From Macrostomum lignano (lineage: Eukaryota), in the NCBI GenBank assembly GCA_002269645.1, contig NIVC01000150.1:682001-746000 (forward strand): a stretch of 64,000 bases of DNA, in the 5' to 3' direction. The position numbers and the translations under genes are program-made. Shown piece after piece: positions 33,331 to 44,482 of this stretch; position 1 is the first letter of the stretch; each line of letters begins with the position of its first letter. The notes under the pieces were generated by a model. It was not told where the DNA came from. It was given only the letters and a program-made list of their open reading frames with translations, and made no database searches.

Positions 33331-34416
33331 GGGTGATGTTTAGGCGAACATTTTTTATTTTCATAAAACAGATGCTGTTTATGGCACTTTGTTTGCCACA
33401 GCTTATTCAGTAATTTTGTATTCTTAAATAAAATAGATATTGGTAATCCAATGCAGTAGGAAAATTATTAGTCTAAAAGAATCCCATCCCCCTTAATTCA
33501 TTATTATTGCGTGTAGCTTATGAATAAAATTTACATGTTTCTCTACATGTACTTTTCTGATTTTTTCTAACCCCGTTTTTAGTATCTAATCCAACATATG
33601 CTAAAATACGTAGTTGGTCGTGAAATAATAATATTACTAACCGTTAACTTTTATCTATACGACTATATACATAATGCTTTATTTAGTCAATTGACCATTG
33701 ACCTAAAGCAAAATCCAAACGGGCAATACGATGAGTCTTTTGCTCATCTGTGCCAAAGGTCCCGAGCTCGTGTCTTGAGCCAAGAAGCGAACAAGTGAAT
33801 TAAGACAACAAAACTTGCGCTCGTACGAACAACAGGATAACCCCCCAACAATAGAGGTCGAGATGAATCGGCTTTTCTAGAAAGTTATTCTCATATTGCT
33901 TACATAATAATATGCATAGAAGGATCTGTCATGAGCTTATCTCATTATCATTATTAAACTATGCGCAATTGAGTTATGATTTTACTTCAACGCAATTTTG
34001 ACCTCGTTAGTCAAAAGCTTTTATTGTTGTCTATACTTTTTATGTTTATCTATTTAAGTTAAAGTGCAACTTGTAATCCATTTCAACTGTGGCGACATGT
34101 CACTGCTTCATGACGAATTCATTTTATTTGACATTTGCATGTATCAAAGTGTATTTATGTTTCCTCTATTGTGCACCAATTTAGTTTTTGTTTGACTTCT
34201 TTACCCATTTGCTGCAAAGCAATATTGTGATTTTTATATAGAAATGGACCTACACCTACGTACGGAATTTGGCTCATGTATCCGGAAACTGCCTGCTCAA
34301 CCGAGCGGTAAAAGTTGACTTTATCCAACAGCCAATCATTTTATACTTCGTGGATAGACAGCTCGATTCAATTGTTACAATTTACTTTTATTTCTTGAGT
34401 GCACTTGTGACCAAAT

Positions 34417-35000
34417 AGGGTGGTGGGTGAGGGTTATCGATTTTCTGGTCTGGCTATTAACCCCCATGTGTCTTTCTTCTCCCCGCCAGCCACAATCGCT
34501 ATTGTAGACTCTGGCAGAATGGGGTGGTGGGTGAGGGTTATCGATTTTCTGGTCTGGCTATTAACTCCCATGTCTCTTTCTCCCCGCCAGCCACAATCGC
34601 TATTGTAGACTCTGGCAGAATGGGGTGGTGGGTGAGGGTTATCGATTTTCTGGTCTGGCTATTAACTCCCATGTCTCTTTCTCCCCGCCAGCCACAATCG
34701 CTATTGTAGACTCTGGCAGAATGGGTGGTGGGTGAGGGTTATCGATTTTCTGGTCTGGCTATTAACTCCCATGTCTCTTTCTCCCCGCCAGCCACAATCG
34801 CTATTGTAGACTCTGGCAGAATGGGGTGGTGGGTGAGGGTTATCGATTTTCTGGTCTGGCTATTAACTCCCATGTCTCTTTCTCCCCGCCAGCCACAATC
34901 GCTATTGTAGACTCTGGCAGAATGGGGTGGTGGGTGAGGCTTATCGATTTTCTGGTCTGGCTATTAACCCCCAAACCCCCATCTCTCTTTCCTCTCCCCG
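34417..35000. repeat. ~101-bp tandem repeat, about 5.7 near-identical copies
   Basis: GTGGTGGGTGAGGGTTATCGATTTTCTGG recurs at about 100-104-bp spacing. Confidence 0.95.
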
Positions 35001-35799
35001 CCAGCCGCACTTTATCGATATTTCCTAGTAGTTGACGACCTGAAATATAAATATTGTTGTTTGGAGCAAAGCAAACCTCAATGTAGTTATTAGCTCAAAT
35101 TTTAATTACTCTCTACTAGGTTTCAATCTTATCTACAATATAATTGGCTGATGGAAAACAATCAAGCTTTGCTGCCCGTTGTTGGCACAGTTTATTGGTA
35201 CACGTGTTTTACATTTTACTAATCTTTGTATTATTATTAGTATGCGTATAGTCTCATATAATATAGTATTTTCAGATTTATACTCAAATTATATTCAAGA
35301 GCTGCTTAATTAAATATAATTCTGTGTTAAATTAAAATCCATTCTTGAAACACATTCATCGCATGCAAACGGAGTTTATTAAGGCTAGTTCTTTTAAGCA
35401 CGGTCTTTTTTATTTCATTGAATACCGTTCCTACAATCGAGCCTATTAAAGTACTTTGAGGTAGCTTGTACAGTGTAGACTTCTTTTGTGATGATACTGC
35501 CGAGTTTCGCCAGGATTCCAGGAAATCAAGAGGATTTAATTCTGTCAAGAGGAGAAGGCAAATTATAACTCTCAGATTTCAGCATTGAGATCTCGATAAT
35601 TTTTTTTTCAGATACAAAAAGCCTATAAAAATCGTAATTCAAACATTTTAATCTGTTTGCATAAAATTACACTAAAAACAATAGGAACATAGGTTTGCAG
35701 AATTATGGTAAATCTTTTGCTTGAATCCCATGAATTTTAAATTGCGATGCATTTTATTTATTCCATTAATAGACTACGGCAGTTGAGTTCACGAGTGAA

Positions 35800-36005
35800 C
35801 ACGAGTTGCTGAGATGTCAAGATTCATATAGTGGAAATTGCCATGAAGTCAAGGTTTATGTGGGAATCGCTGAAATGCTGTGGCTCTTGAGGCAATGGCT
35901 GAGATGCCAAGGGTCCATTGGGAGTTGTTGGTAGGCCAAGCATCAAAAGGAAGGGTTGGGGTTAAGCCATGGCTTAAAGGGAGACTCAGAACTGCAATGC
36001 AATGC
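35800..36005 (-). repeat. Old dispersed repeat, copy 2 (homologous to 13870-14130)
   Basis: Same colinear motifs, including the 16-bp palindrome TTAAGCCATGGCTTAA. Confidence 0.45.
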
Positions 36006-36218
36006 TGCTCAATAGTCGGTGTTTAGAGTGCTATTCTTACATACCACCAGCTTGGATTTTGGCCACAGACAAAAAGCAATCTGCTGTTTCCAGTCCAGGG
36101 TATCATGATATCAGTCCACAAGTGAACTCAAAATTCACCCTCAGTAACTACAAGCGCGAATTTCTACGAGCATCAGAGAGAAACGGTGCTTTTCTGAACT
36201 GGACACAGAAACTCTCCG

Positions 36219-36434
36219 ATGGCGACTAACTTCATAGCAGACGCCTGTAGCTCCGGCCTCGGCATCAGCTGCTTGGTCCGGACGAGTATGGCCGACAGAA
36301 ATAGCGAGCAGAGCGACGTTCAGGAGCTCAACGACCAGGAGCTGGATAATATTGAGTCGGCCAGGGCAGCCGCTGAGGTTGAAGTCATCATTACTTATGG
36401 CAGCCTGTGCTCCAACGGCACGCATGGGGAGCAG
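36219..36434 (+). CDS. Small thioredoxin/Rdx-like protein (UPF0728/C10orf53- or SelW/MIEN1-like), exon 1
   Basis: CACAG| acceptor just upstream of ATG; GC3-rich; ends GAG CAG|GTAAAG in phase 0; VEVIITYGSLC motif. The family is inferred from the pattern only. Confidence 0.65.
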
Positions 36435-36544
36435 GTAAAGCAGTACACATGTACCTCTGACTCTACTCTCTGCACTAAGTTTACATGCAGGCTTGCGGGA
36501 GATTACTAGATATACTACTTGAATACTCATGTTCACTCATTTTA

Positions 36545-39500
36545 GTGCCGCTAAAATGAGTGGCTGCGGCGCTAAAGTGAGTGCCTGTGGCGCTAAAATG
36601 AATGCCTGCGGGGCTAAAATGAGTGCCTGTGGCGCTAAAATGAGTGCCTGTGGCGCTAAAATGAATGCAGCTGCGGGGCTAAAATGAGTGGCTGCGGCGC
36701 TAAAGTGAGTGCCTGTGGCGCTAAAATGAATGCAGCTGCGGCGCTAAAGTGAGTGTCTGTGGCGCTAAAGTGAGTGCCTGCGGCGCTAAAATGAGAGCCT
36801 GCGGCGCTAAAATGAATGCAGCTGCGGCGCTAAAATGAATTCAGCTGCGGCGCTAAAACCAGTGCCCGCGGCGCTAAAATGAGTGCCTGTGGCGCTAAAA
36901 TGAATGCAGCTGTGGCGCTAAAATGAATGCAGCTGCGGCGCTAAAATGAATGCAGCTGCGGCGCTAAAATGAATTCAGCTGCGGCGCTAAAACCAGTGCC
37001 CGCGGCGCTAAAATGAGTGCCTGTGGCGCTAAAATGAATGCAGCTGTGGCGCTAAAATGAGTGCCTGTGGCGCTAAAATGAATGCAGCTGTGGCGCTAAA
37101 ATGAGTGCCTGTGGCGCTAAAATGAATTCAGCTGCGGCGCTAAAATGAATGCCTGTGGCGCTAAATTGAGTACCTGTGGCGCTAAAGTGAGTGCCTGTGG
37201 CGCTAAAATGAGTGCCTGTGGCGCTAAAGTGAGTGCCTGTGGCGCTAAAATGAGTGCCTGCGGCGCTAAAATGAATGCAGTTGTGGCGCTAAAATGAATG
37301 CAGCTGCGGCGCTAAAACCAGTGCCCGCGGCGCTAAAATGAGTGCCAGCGGCGCTAAAGTGAGTGCCTGTGGCGCTAAAATGAATGCAGCTGTGGCGCTA
37401 AAATGAATGCAGCTGCGGCGCTAAAACCAGTGCCCGCGGCGCTAAAATGAATGCCTGTGGCGCTAAATTGAGTACCTGCGGCGCTAAAATGAATGCAGCT
37501 GTGGCGCTAAAATGAATGCAGCTGCGGCGCTAAAACCAGTGCCCGCGGCGCTAAAACCAGTGCCCGCGGCGCTAAAATGAATTCAGCTGCGGCGCTAAAA
37601 TGAATGCAGCTGCGGCGCTAAAATGAATGCAGCTGCGGCGCTAAAATGAATGCAGCTGTGGCGCTAAAATGAATGCAGCTGCGGCGCTAAAATGAATGCA
37701 GCTGCGGCGCTAAAATGAATTCAGCTGCGGCGCTAAAATGAATGCCTGCGGCGCTAAAATGAATGCCTGTGGCGCTAAAATGAATGCAGCTGCGGCGCTA
37801 AAATGAATGCCTGTGGCGCTAAAATGAGTGCCTGTGGCGCTAAAGTGAGTGCCTGTGGCGCTAAAATGAGTGCCTGCGGCGCTAAAATGAATGCAGTTGT
37901 GGCGCTAAAATGAATGCAGCTGCGGCGCTAAAACCAGTGCCCGCGGCGCTAAAATGAGTGCCAGCGGCGCTAAAGTGAGTGCCTGTGGCGCTAAAATGAA
38001 TGCAGCTGTGGCGCTAAAATGAATGCAGCTGCGGCGCTAAAACCAGTGCCCGCGGCGCTAAAATGAATGCCTGTGGCGCTAAATTGAGTACCTGTGGCGC
38101 TAAAATGAATGCAGCTGTGGCGCTAAAATGAATGCAGCTGCGGCGCTAAAACCAGTGCCCGCGGCGCTAAAACCAGTGCCCGCGGCGCTAAAATGAATTC
38201 AGCTGCGGCGCTAAAATGAATGCAGCTGCGGCGCTAAAATGAATGCAGCTGCGGCGCTAAAATGAATGCAGCTGTGGCGCTAAAATGAATGCAGCTGCGG
38301 CGCTAAAATGAATGCAGCTGCGGCGCTAAAATGAATTCAGCTGCGGCGCTAAAATGAATGCCTGCGGCGCTAAAATGAATGCCTGTGGCGCTAAAATGAA
38401 TGCAGCTGCGGCGCTAAAATGAATGCCTGTGGCGCTAAAGTGAGTGCCTGCGGCGCTAAAGTGATTGTCTGTGGCGCTAAAGTGAGTGCCTCTGGCGCTA
38501 AAATGAGTGCCTGTGGCGCTAAAGTGATTGTCTGTGGCGCTAAAGTGAGTGCCTGCGGCGCTAAAATGAGAGCCTGCGGCGCTAAAGTGAGTGCCAGCGG
38601 CGCTAAAATGAGTGCCTGCGGCGCTAAAATGAATGCAGCTGCGGCGCTAAAATGAGTGCCCGCGGCGCTAAAATGAGTGCCCGCGGCGCTAAAATGAGTG
38701 CCAGCGGCGCTAAAGTGAGTGCCTGTGGCGCTAAAATGAATGCAGCTGTGGCGCTAAAATGAATGCAGCTGTGGCGCTAAAATGAATGCAGCTGTGGCGC
38801 TAAAATGAATGCAGCTGCGGCGCTAAAACCAGTGCCCGCGGCGCTAAAATGAATTCAGCTGCGGCGCTAAAATGAATGCAGCTGCGGCGCTAAAATAAAT
38901 GCAGTTGCGGCGCTAAAATGAATGCAGCTGCGGCGCTAAAATGAATGCAGCTGCGGCGCTAAAATGAATGCAGCTGCGGCGCTAAAATGAATGCAGCTGT
39001 GGCGCTAAAATGAATGCAGCTGCGGCGCTAAAACCAGTGCCCGCGGCGCTAAAAGGAGTGCTAGCGGCGCTAAAGTGAGTGCCTGTGGCGCTAAAATGAA
39101 TGCAGCTGTGGCGCTAAAATGAATGCAGCTGCGGCGCTAAAACCAGTGCCCGCGGCGCTAAAACCAGTGCCCGCGGCGCTAAAATGAATTCAGCTGCGGC
39201 GCTAAAATGAATGCAGCTGCGGCGCTAAAATGAATGCAGCTGCGGCGCTAAAATGAATGCAGCTGTGGCGCTAAAATGAATGCAGCTGCGGCGCTAAAAT
39301 GAATGCAGCTGCGGCGCTAAAACCAGTGCCCGCGGCGCTAAAGTGAGTGCCTGTGGCGCTAAAATGAATTCAGCTGTGGCGCTAAAATGAATGCAGCTGC
39401 GGTGCTAAAACCAGTGCCCGCGGCGCTAAAATGAATTCAGCTGCGGCGCTAAAATGAATGCAGCTGCGGCGCTAAAATGAATGTAGCTGCGGCGCTAAAA

Positions 39501-40030
39501 TGAATGCAGCTGCGGCGCTAAAATGAATGCAGCTGCGGCGCTAAAATGAATGCAGCTGCGGTGCTAAAATGAATGCAGCTGCGGCGCTAAAATGAATGCA
39601 GCTGCGGCGCTAAAATGAATGCAGCTGTGGCGCTAAAATGAATTCAGCTGTGGCGCTAAAATGAATGCAGCTGCGGCGCTAAAACCAGTGCCCGCGGCGC
39701 TAAAATGAATTCAGCTGCGGCGCTAAAATGAATGCAGCTGCGGCGCTAAAATGAATGCAGCTGCGGCGCTAAAATGAATGCAGCTGCGGCGCTAAAATGA
39801 ATGCAGCTGCGGCGCTAAAATGAATGCAGCTGCGGCGCTAAAATGAATGCAGCTGCGGCGCTAAAATGAATGCAGCTGCGGCGCTAAAATGAATGCAGCT
39901 GCGGCGCTAAAATGAATGCAGCTGCGGCGCTAAAATGAATGCAGCTGCGGCGCTAAAATGAATGCAGCTGCGGCGCTAAAATGAATGCAGCTGCGGCGCT
40001 AAAATGAATGCAGCTGCGGCGCTAAAATGA
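36545..40030. repeat. 3.5-kb 20-23-bp minisatellite with constant GGCGCTAAA core, filling the single intron
   Basis: Main unit GGCGCTAAAATGAATGCAGCTGC; limited set of variant units; homogeneous 3' end. Confidence 0.97.
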
Positions 40031-40266
40031 GCACTGACAGCACCAATTCTAAAAATAATGTATACGTATAAACATGTACGTAAACATAGTCGTGTACATG
40101 TACGTGTGTAGAAGTCTAGGCTTCCCCCCCCCCCAAAAAACCATGGCCACGTCCCTGCTCAGGAGTCAGTGGAACGAGCAAAATTTCTTCAGCAGCCAGG
40201 GTTGGACACAATCCAGCAGTTAGCTCATGTAATAATCAATATTATTTCCCATGCTCCCAAATGCAG

Positions 40267-40539
40267 GTTTTTCACGAACTGCGTCAAGGCTTGGAGAAAG
40301 AGTTCGGCTCGAATATTTTTGTCCTGGCCAGAGAAGACCCAACGACCTACAACTGTATATCTGTCCACGTCAACAATGTGCTCGTGTTTGGCTGCCAGGC
40401 TAGGAAGCCGACCGTCCCGCAGCTCAGCATCGAGATCAACCGGGCCAGAGCTGGCCTGAGACCGCAGCTCATTCCCTATCAGGCGGCCTCTGTGTGCGAG
40501 TTCTATGGCTGCACGCAGAAGCACAAATATCAAATCTAA
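40267..40539 (+). CDS. Small Rdx-like protein, exon 2 (total ~162 aa)
   Basis: AATGCAG|GTT phase 0; VFHELRQGLEKEFG..YNCISVHVNNVLVFGC..; ends TAA. Confidence 0.65.
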   Translation, partial: VFHELRQGLEKEFGSNIFVLAREDPTTYNCISVHVNNVLVFGCQARKPTVPQLSIEINRARAGLRPQLIPYQAASVCEFYGCTQKHKYQI

Positions 40540-41754
40540 TCGTATTATTGCTAAATACTAGTTCAGTTTCACAATGCCAGCTAGGATAAGAAACTCTAAA
40601 AATGCCTGACTTTGCGTAGGAAACATATTGATCGTTTAAGAAGTTACAAAATTTCTTAATAGACTGGCCGGTTTCGATGACATCAAGACTACTAGAAATC
40701 AAATAGGTCTATAAGTATTTATTACTAGGTTCCAGGTCGATAAACATTTGTCCTTAGTCATAGGCCTAGCCTAGTCATAAGTAATGTAAAAACGGTAAAT
40801 AACCTATAATATTATGACTAAACCACAAAATAATACAATTTAGCTAAGTGTTTCTGGTTACATACTGCAAAATTTCGGAAATTAATAGCCCTATAGGCTT
40901 CTGCAAACAGCACAATATGTTGAAAATTATGCAATTCCTCTATCTCACCAATGTATACGAGAACGGAAATCGGCCTTCAACTATTTTTACACGAATCGAG
41001 AGTGTTACGTCCTTATATTCTATAACGATGTGTTCCTTGATAGCACCAATGATGAAAACAGACTAAAGAAATTCCTTTTAGGGGTCATTTTTGTCCGTTA
41101 TTTTGCTTACTATTTTGCGTACATCGGGTCTCACAGAAAATGGTTTCAGATGGCATAGAGAATTACATGTACATGTTCGTAATACTGACGTGGGTTGTTT
41201 CATAAGTTTGCTACCAAATGCAGGTAGCTTCATGCCGCAAGGCACTGGTAAAACACCATTTGACGGACGACTTATAGCTACCCTATTCGCTGGGTCTAGC
41301 TCCCAGAGATTAGTGGCTTAAGTTCCTAAAGGTGATGGAACCAGCACTGTGTGGAAGCGCTACAGCAGCCTGTTTACACTGAGTTCCTCAATGTCCAGTG
41401 CATGGGTATGCGAAGTATATATAGTGTGTGTGACTCCCGAGTTTTATAGACTGAGCGCTGTTTAATAAATCACTATGAAAATCTCTAAGCAGGAGTAGCC
41501 AAAGTCCAAGCATAACAGCACAACAGCACACAAGTATGCTCTTAAGAAATCGCAAATCTATAAAAATTTATATTTTAGCTGAAGAGAATTACAAGTATGG
41601 ACTGCCTGCCGCAACAGGTCGCTTAGACGGACCAACGACACGCATCGAGGACTCGTGCATCGCCAACCTTAAAGGCGACGCGCAGCGAACCATTGGGATA
41701 TACTCGCAAGTCCATTCCAAGTGCTAAATATAAGCTATGTATTGATTCACAGAA

Positions 41755-41960
41755 GAGCGTTATAGCCTAGTGGTTAGAGCGTCGGACTCATGACTAAAAG
41801 GTCGGGGGTTCGAGTCTCGACCCACTCGGAACAATTTGTATCCTTGAGCAAGATACTTCACTCTGCATTGCTTCAGTTCACCCAGCTGTAAAATGGGTGC
41901 CAGCATTAGCTGGGGTAATTGAGGGTGTGGCGACCTCCCAAGTCCTTGGACTGACCAGCT
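41755..41960 (+). mobile_element. tRNA-derived SINE with a CORE-like central domain
   Basis: Box A TAGCCTAGTGG and box B GGTTCGAGTC, then TATCCTTGAGCAAGATACTTCACTC..CTTCAGTTCACCCAGCTGTAAAATGGG, resembling the MIR/CORE consensus (CCTTGGGCAAGTTACTTAAC..CTCAGTTT..CTGTAAAATGGG). The 3' end is approximate. Confidence 0.8.
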
Positions 41961-42407
41961 GCGGCTGCATATTGCCGGCTATTTAACGTGGTTGATATGC
42001 GATAGCTTTGAATAATTTTAGAAATTATCAATTTAAGCGTTCACACCTATTCTGATTATTTCAGTATGACAGGTACGAACGTCTTTCGCATGCCTACTCT
42101 ACTCCATGTATTATTAAGTGCAAATTTTAGGCAATTAATATTATTAACTACCTATCCAGTTTTAGCGGAAGTATATACTCAAGTAATGTTGGATAAATGA
42201 TGAAGATTATGAATATATGGTACACAAAAAGTGCGTCTACGAGAAAAGAGCTTATCAATAATAAAAGTCCCTAAAAAGTAAAGATTGCTACTTGAAAGCT
42301 AAAGCTATCGCAAAGTGTTGAATCTGCATGTATCAGAACATTATTACATACGCTAGCGCTTTCACGGGAAATGCATGGCATTTAAGCAGCTTCTCATGGG
42401 GATCTCA

Positions 42408-44238
42408 TCAATAGGTCGAGATGCAGTTGTAGCTCTGACTCCGACGAACTGCCAGACGAAGCAGCGAGCCGCTGCCGGCGGAGAGCAGCTGCTCTTCGGG
42501 CAGATTCATGCTCCGTTGGAAAATGGTCACCTGCGCACTGGCTGCACAGCTCAGCGCATCTCCCACTGGAGTAGCGATTAAGCAGTCCGTATCTACGGAA
42601 TCCTCTGTGGAGAACCGGCAGCAGAATTGCACCGTCTGCGGCTGCGAGATCGACGACGATTTGCTGGAGACGAGCTCGAGCTGGCGCTTTTCTAATGACC
42701 AGTCGGCTGCCAAGCAGAAGGCAATGTTGCAGTCGGACACTGAGCAGTCCGACCCCGCCACGATGCAGGACTCAATCGCCGAGTGGTCCCTCGGAACCAT
42801 GGTGGGGTCGGCTAGGCTTTCAACGAGACTTATTGGCGGACTGGACGAAGTTGAAACGCTCTGCACGCCGACGGGCAACTCCGTCGCCGAGGCCCGAGTC
42901 GGCCTGTTCAGGCGGGCCGTGGCCGGCCGTGCCCAGCTCCACTCGCGCACCGTCCTCTCCGGCCAGTCGCCGCCACCTCCGGGAGCCGGACAATCGTCGG
43001 CGCTGATAGTTGCGCGTTCAAAGGAATTTGGCCACCGTTGCGTGCACCTGGCTTTCCGGAATTGTTTCCACGCCGGCTCGCTGCGGACCACAGCTCGAAG
43101 CTGGTTTCCAGCAGCACGGGTTGACTCTGCACCGATCCGGTGCCGCAGAGCCTGCTCAGCGATCGCTGGCACTTCCAGAACAGACTGGCGAACGATCGAT
43201 GCGTGCTCAAGTTCAACGCGAGCCGTTCCCCAGCCGCAGCTGGCATCCGACGGTTTCGACGAGGTTTCAGCCGCTTCAGGCAGACCGAGCGGGTAGCAGT
43301 GACTGCTGGAAGGTCGGACTCCGCCGTGAATGTTGCAGGCTGCCAGCCCTGTCGAGTTTTCACACTTTGAAATCACAAACTGGGTAGGCAAAGATTGCGA
43401 CAGTACTGGTAGCTGTGATTTGGCGTCGAGCAGTTGGAGACAGTAGTGAGACGCCGCCAGCCACGTCGATCGAGCTCGATGAACACAGGCCCTCGGACTC
43501 ACAGCCCTGGCAACCAGTGGCGCTGGGCGGAACTCTGCAAGTAGATTCGTCGCCAGGTCGGGCAGTGCAACAGAAAGCGCGGCAGTGCAGCTGGCAGCGG
43601 AGGCGAAGGACGCGCAGGCAAAGTGGATTGGCCCGGCTTTGAAGACCACTGCAACGGCGGCGTCTGCAACGATTGGCTCGACGGACATCCAGCTGGCGTG
43701 ACCGTCTCTGAGTGGCTCTGTTGCCAGACAGGATAGAAGCTCTGTCCGCTCGGAGTATGTCTGACACTGGGAAATCGCTGCAGTCATCCAGGCGCCCGTG
43801 ATTGCACCGCCATCCGGGACCACCGCCGAAACTGCAGCAGCGCATAACAAATCGCGACAGTTTTCTGTGTCAACTAAATTCGAATCCACACAAAGGTCTG
43901 TCAAACTCAACAATGGCGTAGCGTCTTCCGGCTCCTGGCTGTTTGCAGCGGGCGCCTCAACGCAGAGTCGAAGCTTGCAGCTCAAACCCTGCGGCCTTTT
44001 GGTTGGCGCCTCCTGCTCCTCTCGTTCGGCTGGCGTCGACTGCTGCAGAAAACTATCGCCTGTAGTAACCGTGGTGGACGAGGCATCGCCGCTGCTTGAG
44101 TGGTCGAACAGTTCGGCCAGTCTGCGCCCGAAGCTACTCCCGCCGCCGCCGCCGCCGCCGCCACCGCCGCTTGAGTTGTTTGAGCGTCGGTGACGCCCTT
44201 TGCGCTGCAGCTTGGGCCCCAGGCGGGAGAGCTGGTCT
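42408..44238 (-). CDS. Orphan ~1166-aa protein, exon 2
   Basis: Strong acceptor CTTCTGTTTCAG|A at 44239/44238 in phase 2, matching the exon-1 donor; open to the stop at 42408; poly-Gly tract; no recognisable domain. Confidence 0.7.
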
Positions 44239-44482
44239 CTGAAACAGAAGCGATGGTCGTCCTCAGAATTTAACGCTATTTGCAGCGGTCGGCAACAGTC
44301 CAAGGGTGCCGTTTTGCAATCTCAAGAAACTCAATCGATAGATACACTTTTCTCTACAGGGTTATAAGATGTACGAGTGCTTCACAACTTTGATAAATGA
44401 GCATTCAATTTTAAACTAGATAAACTTAGGGCTGGGAAATCTACCCAGGTTAAGACTGACTGCCAGAAAACTTGTGATTTAC

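Noticed and set aside
36545-40030. CRISPR-like array (constant repeat plus variable spacers)
   Set aside because: The constant part is only 9 bp, the linkers are 11-14 bp and reused many times, there are no cas genes, and the context is a eukaryotic intron.
41755-41830. Functional tRNA-Met gene
   Set aside because: The anticodon and acceptor stems do not pair, and the sequence continues into a SINE CORE-like domain.
42508-43845. Plus-strand and alternate-frame ORFs (262 aa etc.) overlapping the orphan gene
   Set aside because: Expected shadow ORFs of GC-rich coding sequence; no independent splice or start evidence.
44239-44482. Programmed frameshift, assembly indel or operon linking the 564-aa and 631-aa ORFs
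   Set aside because: A canonical phase-matched GT-AG intron explains the junction more simply.
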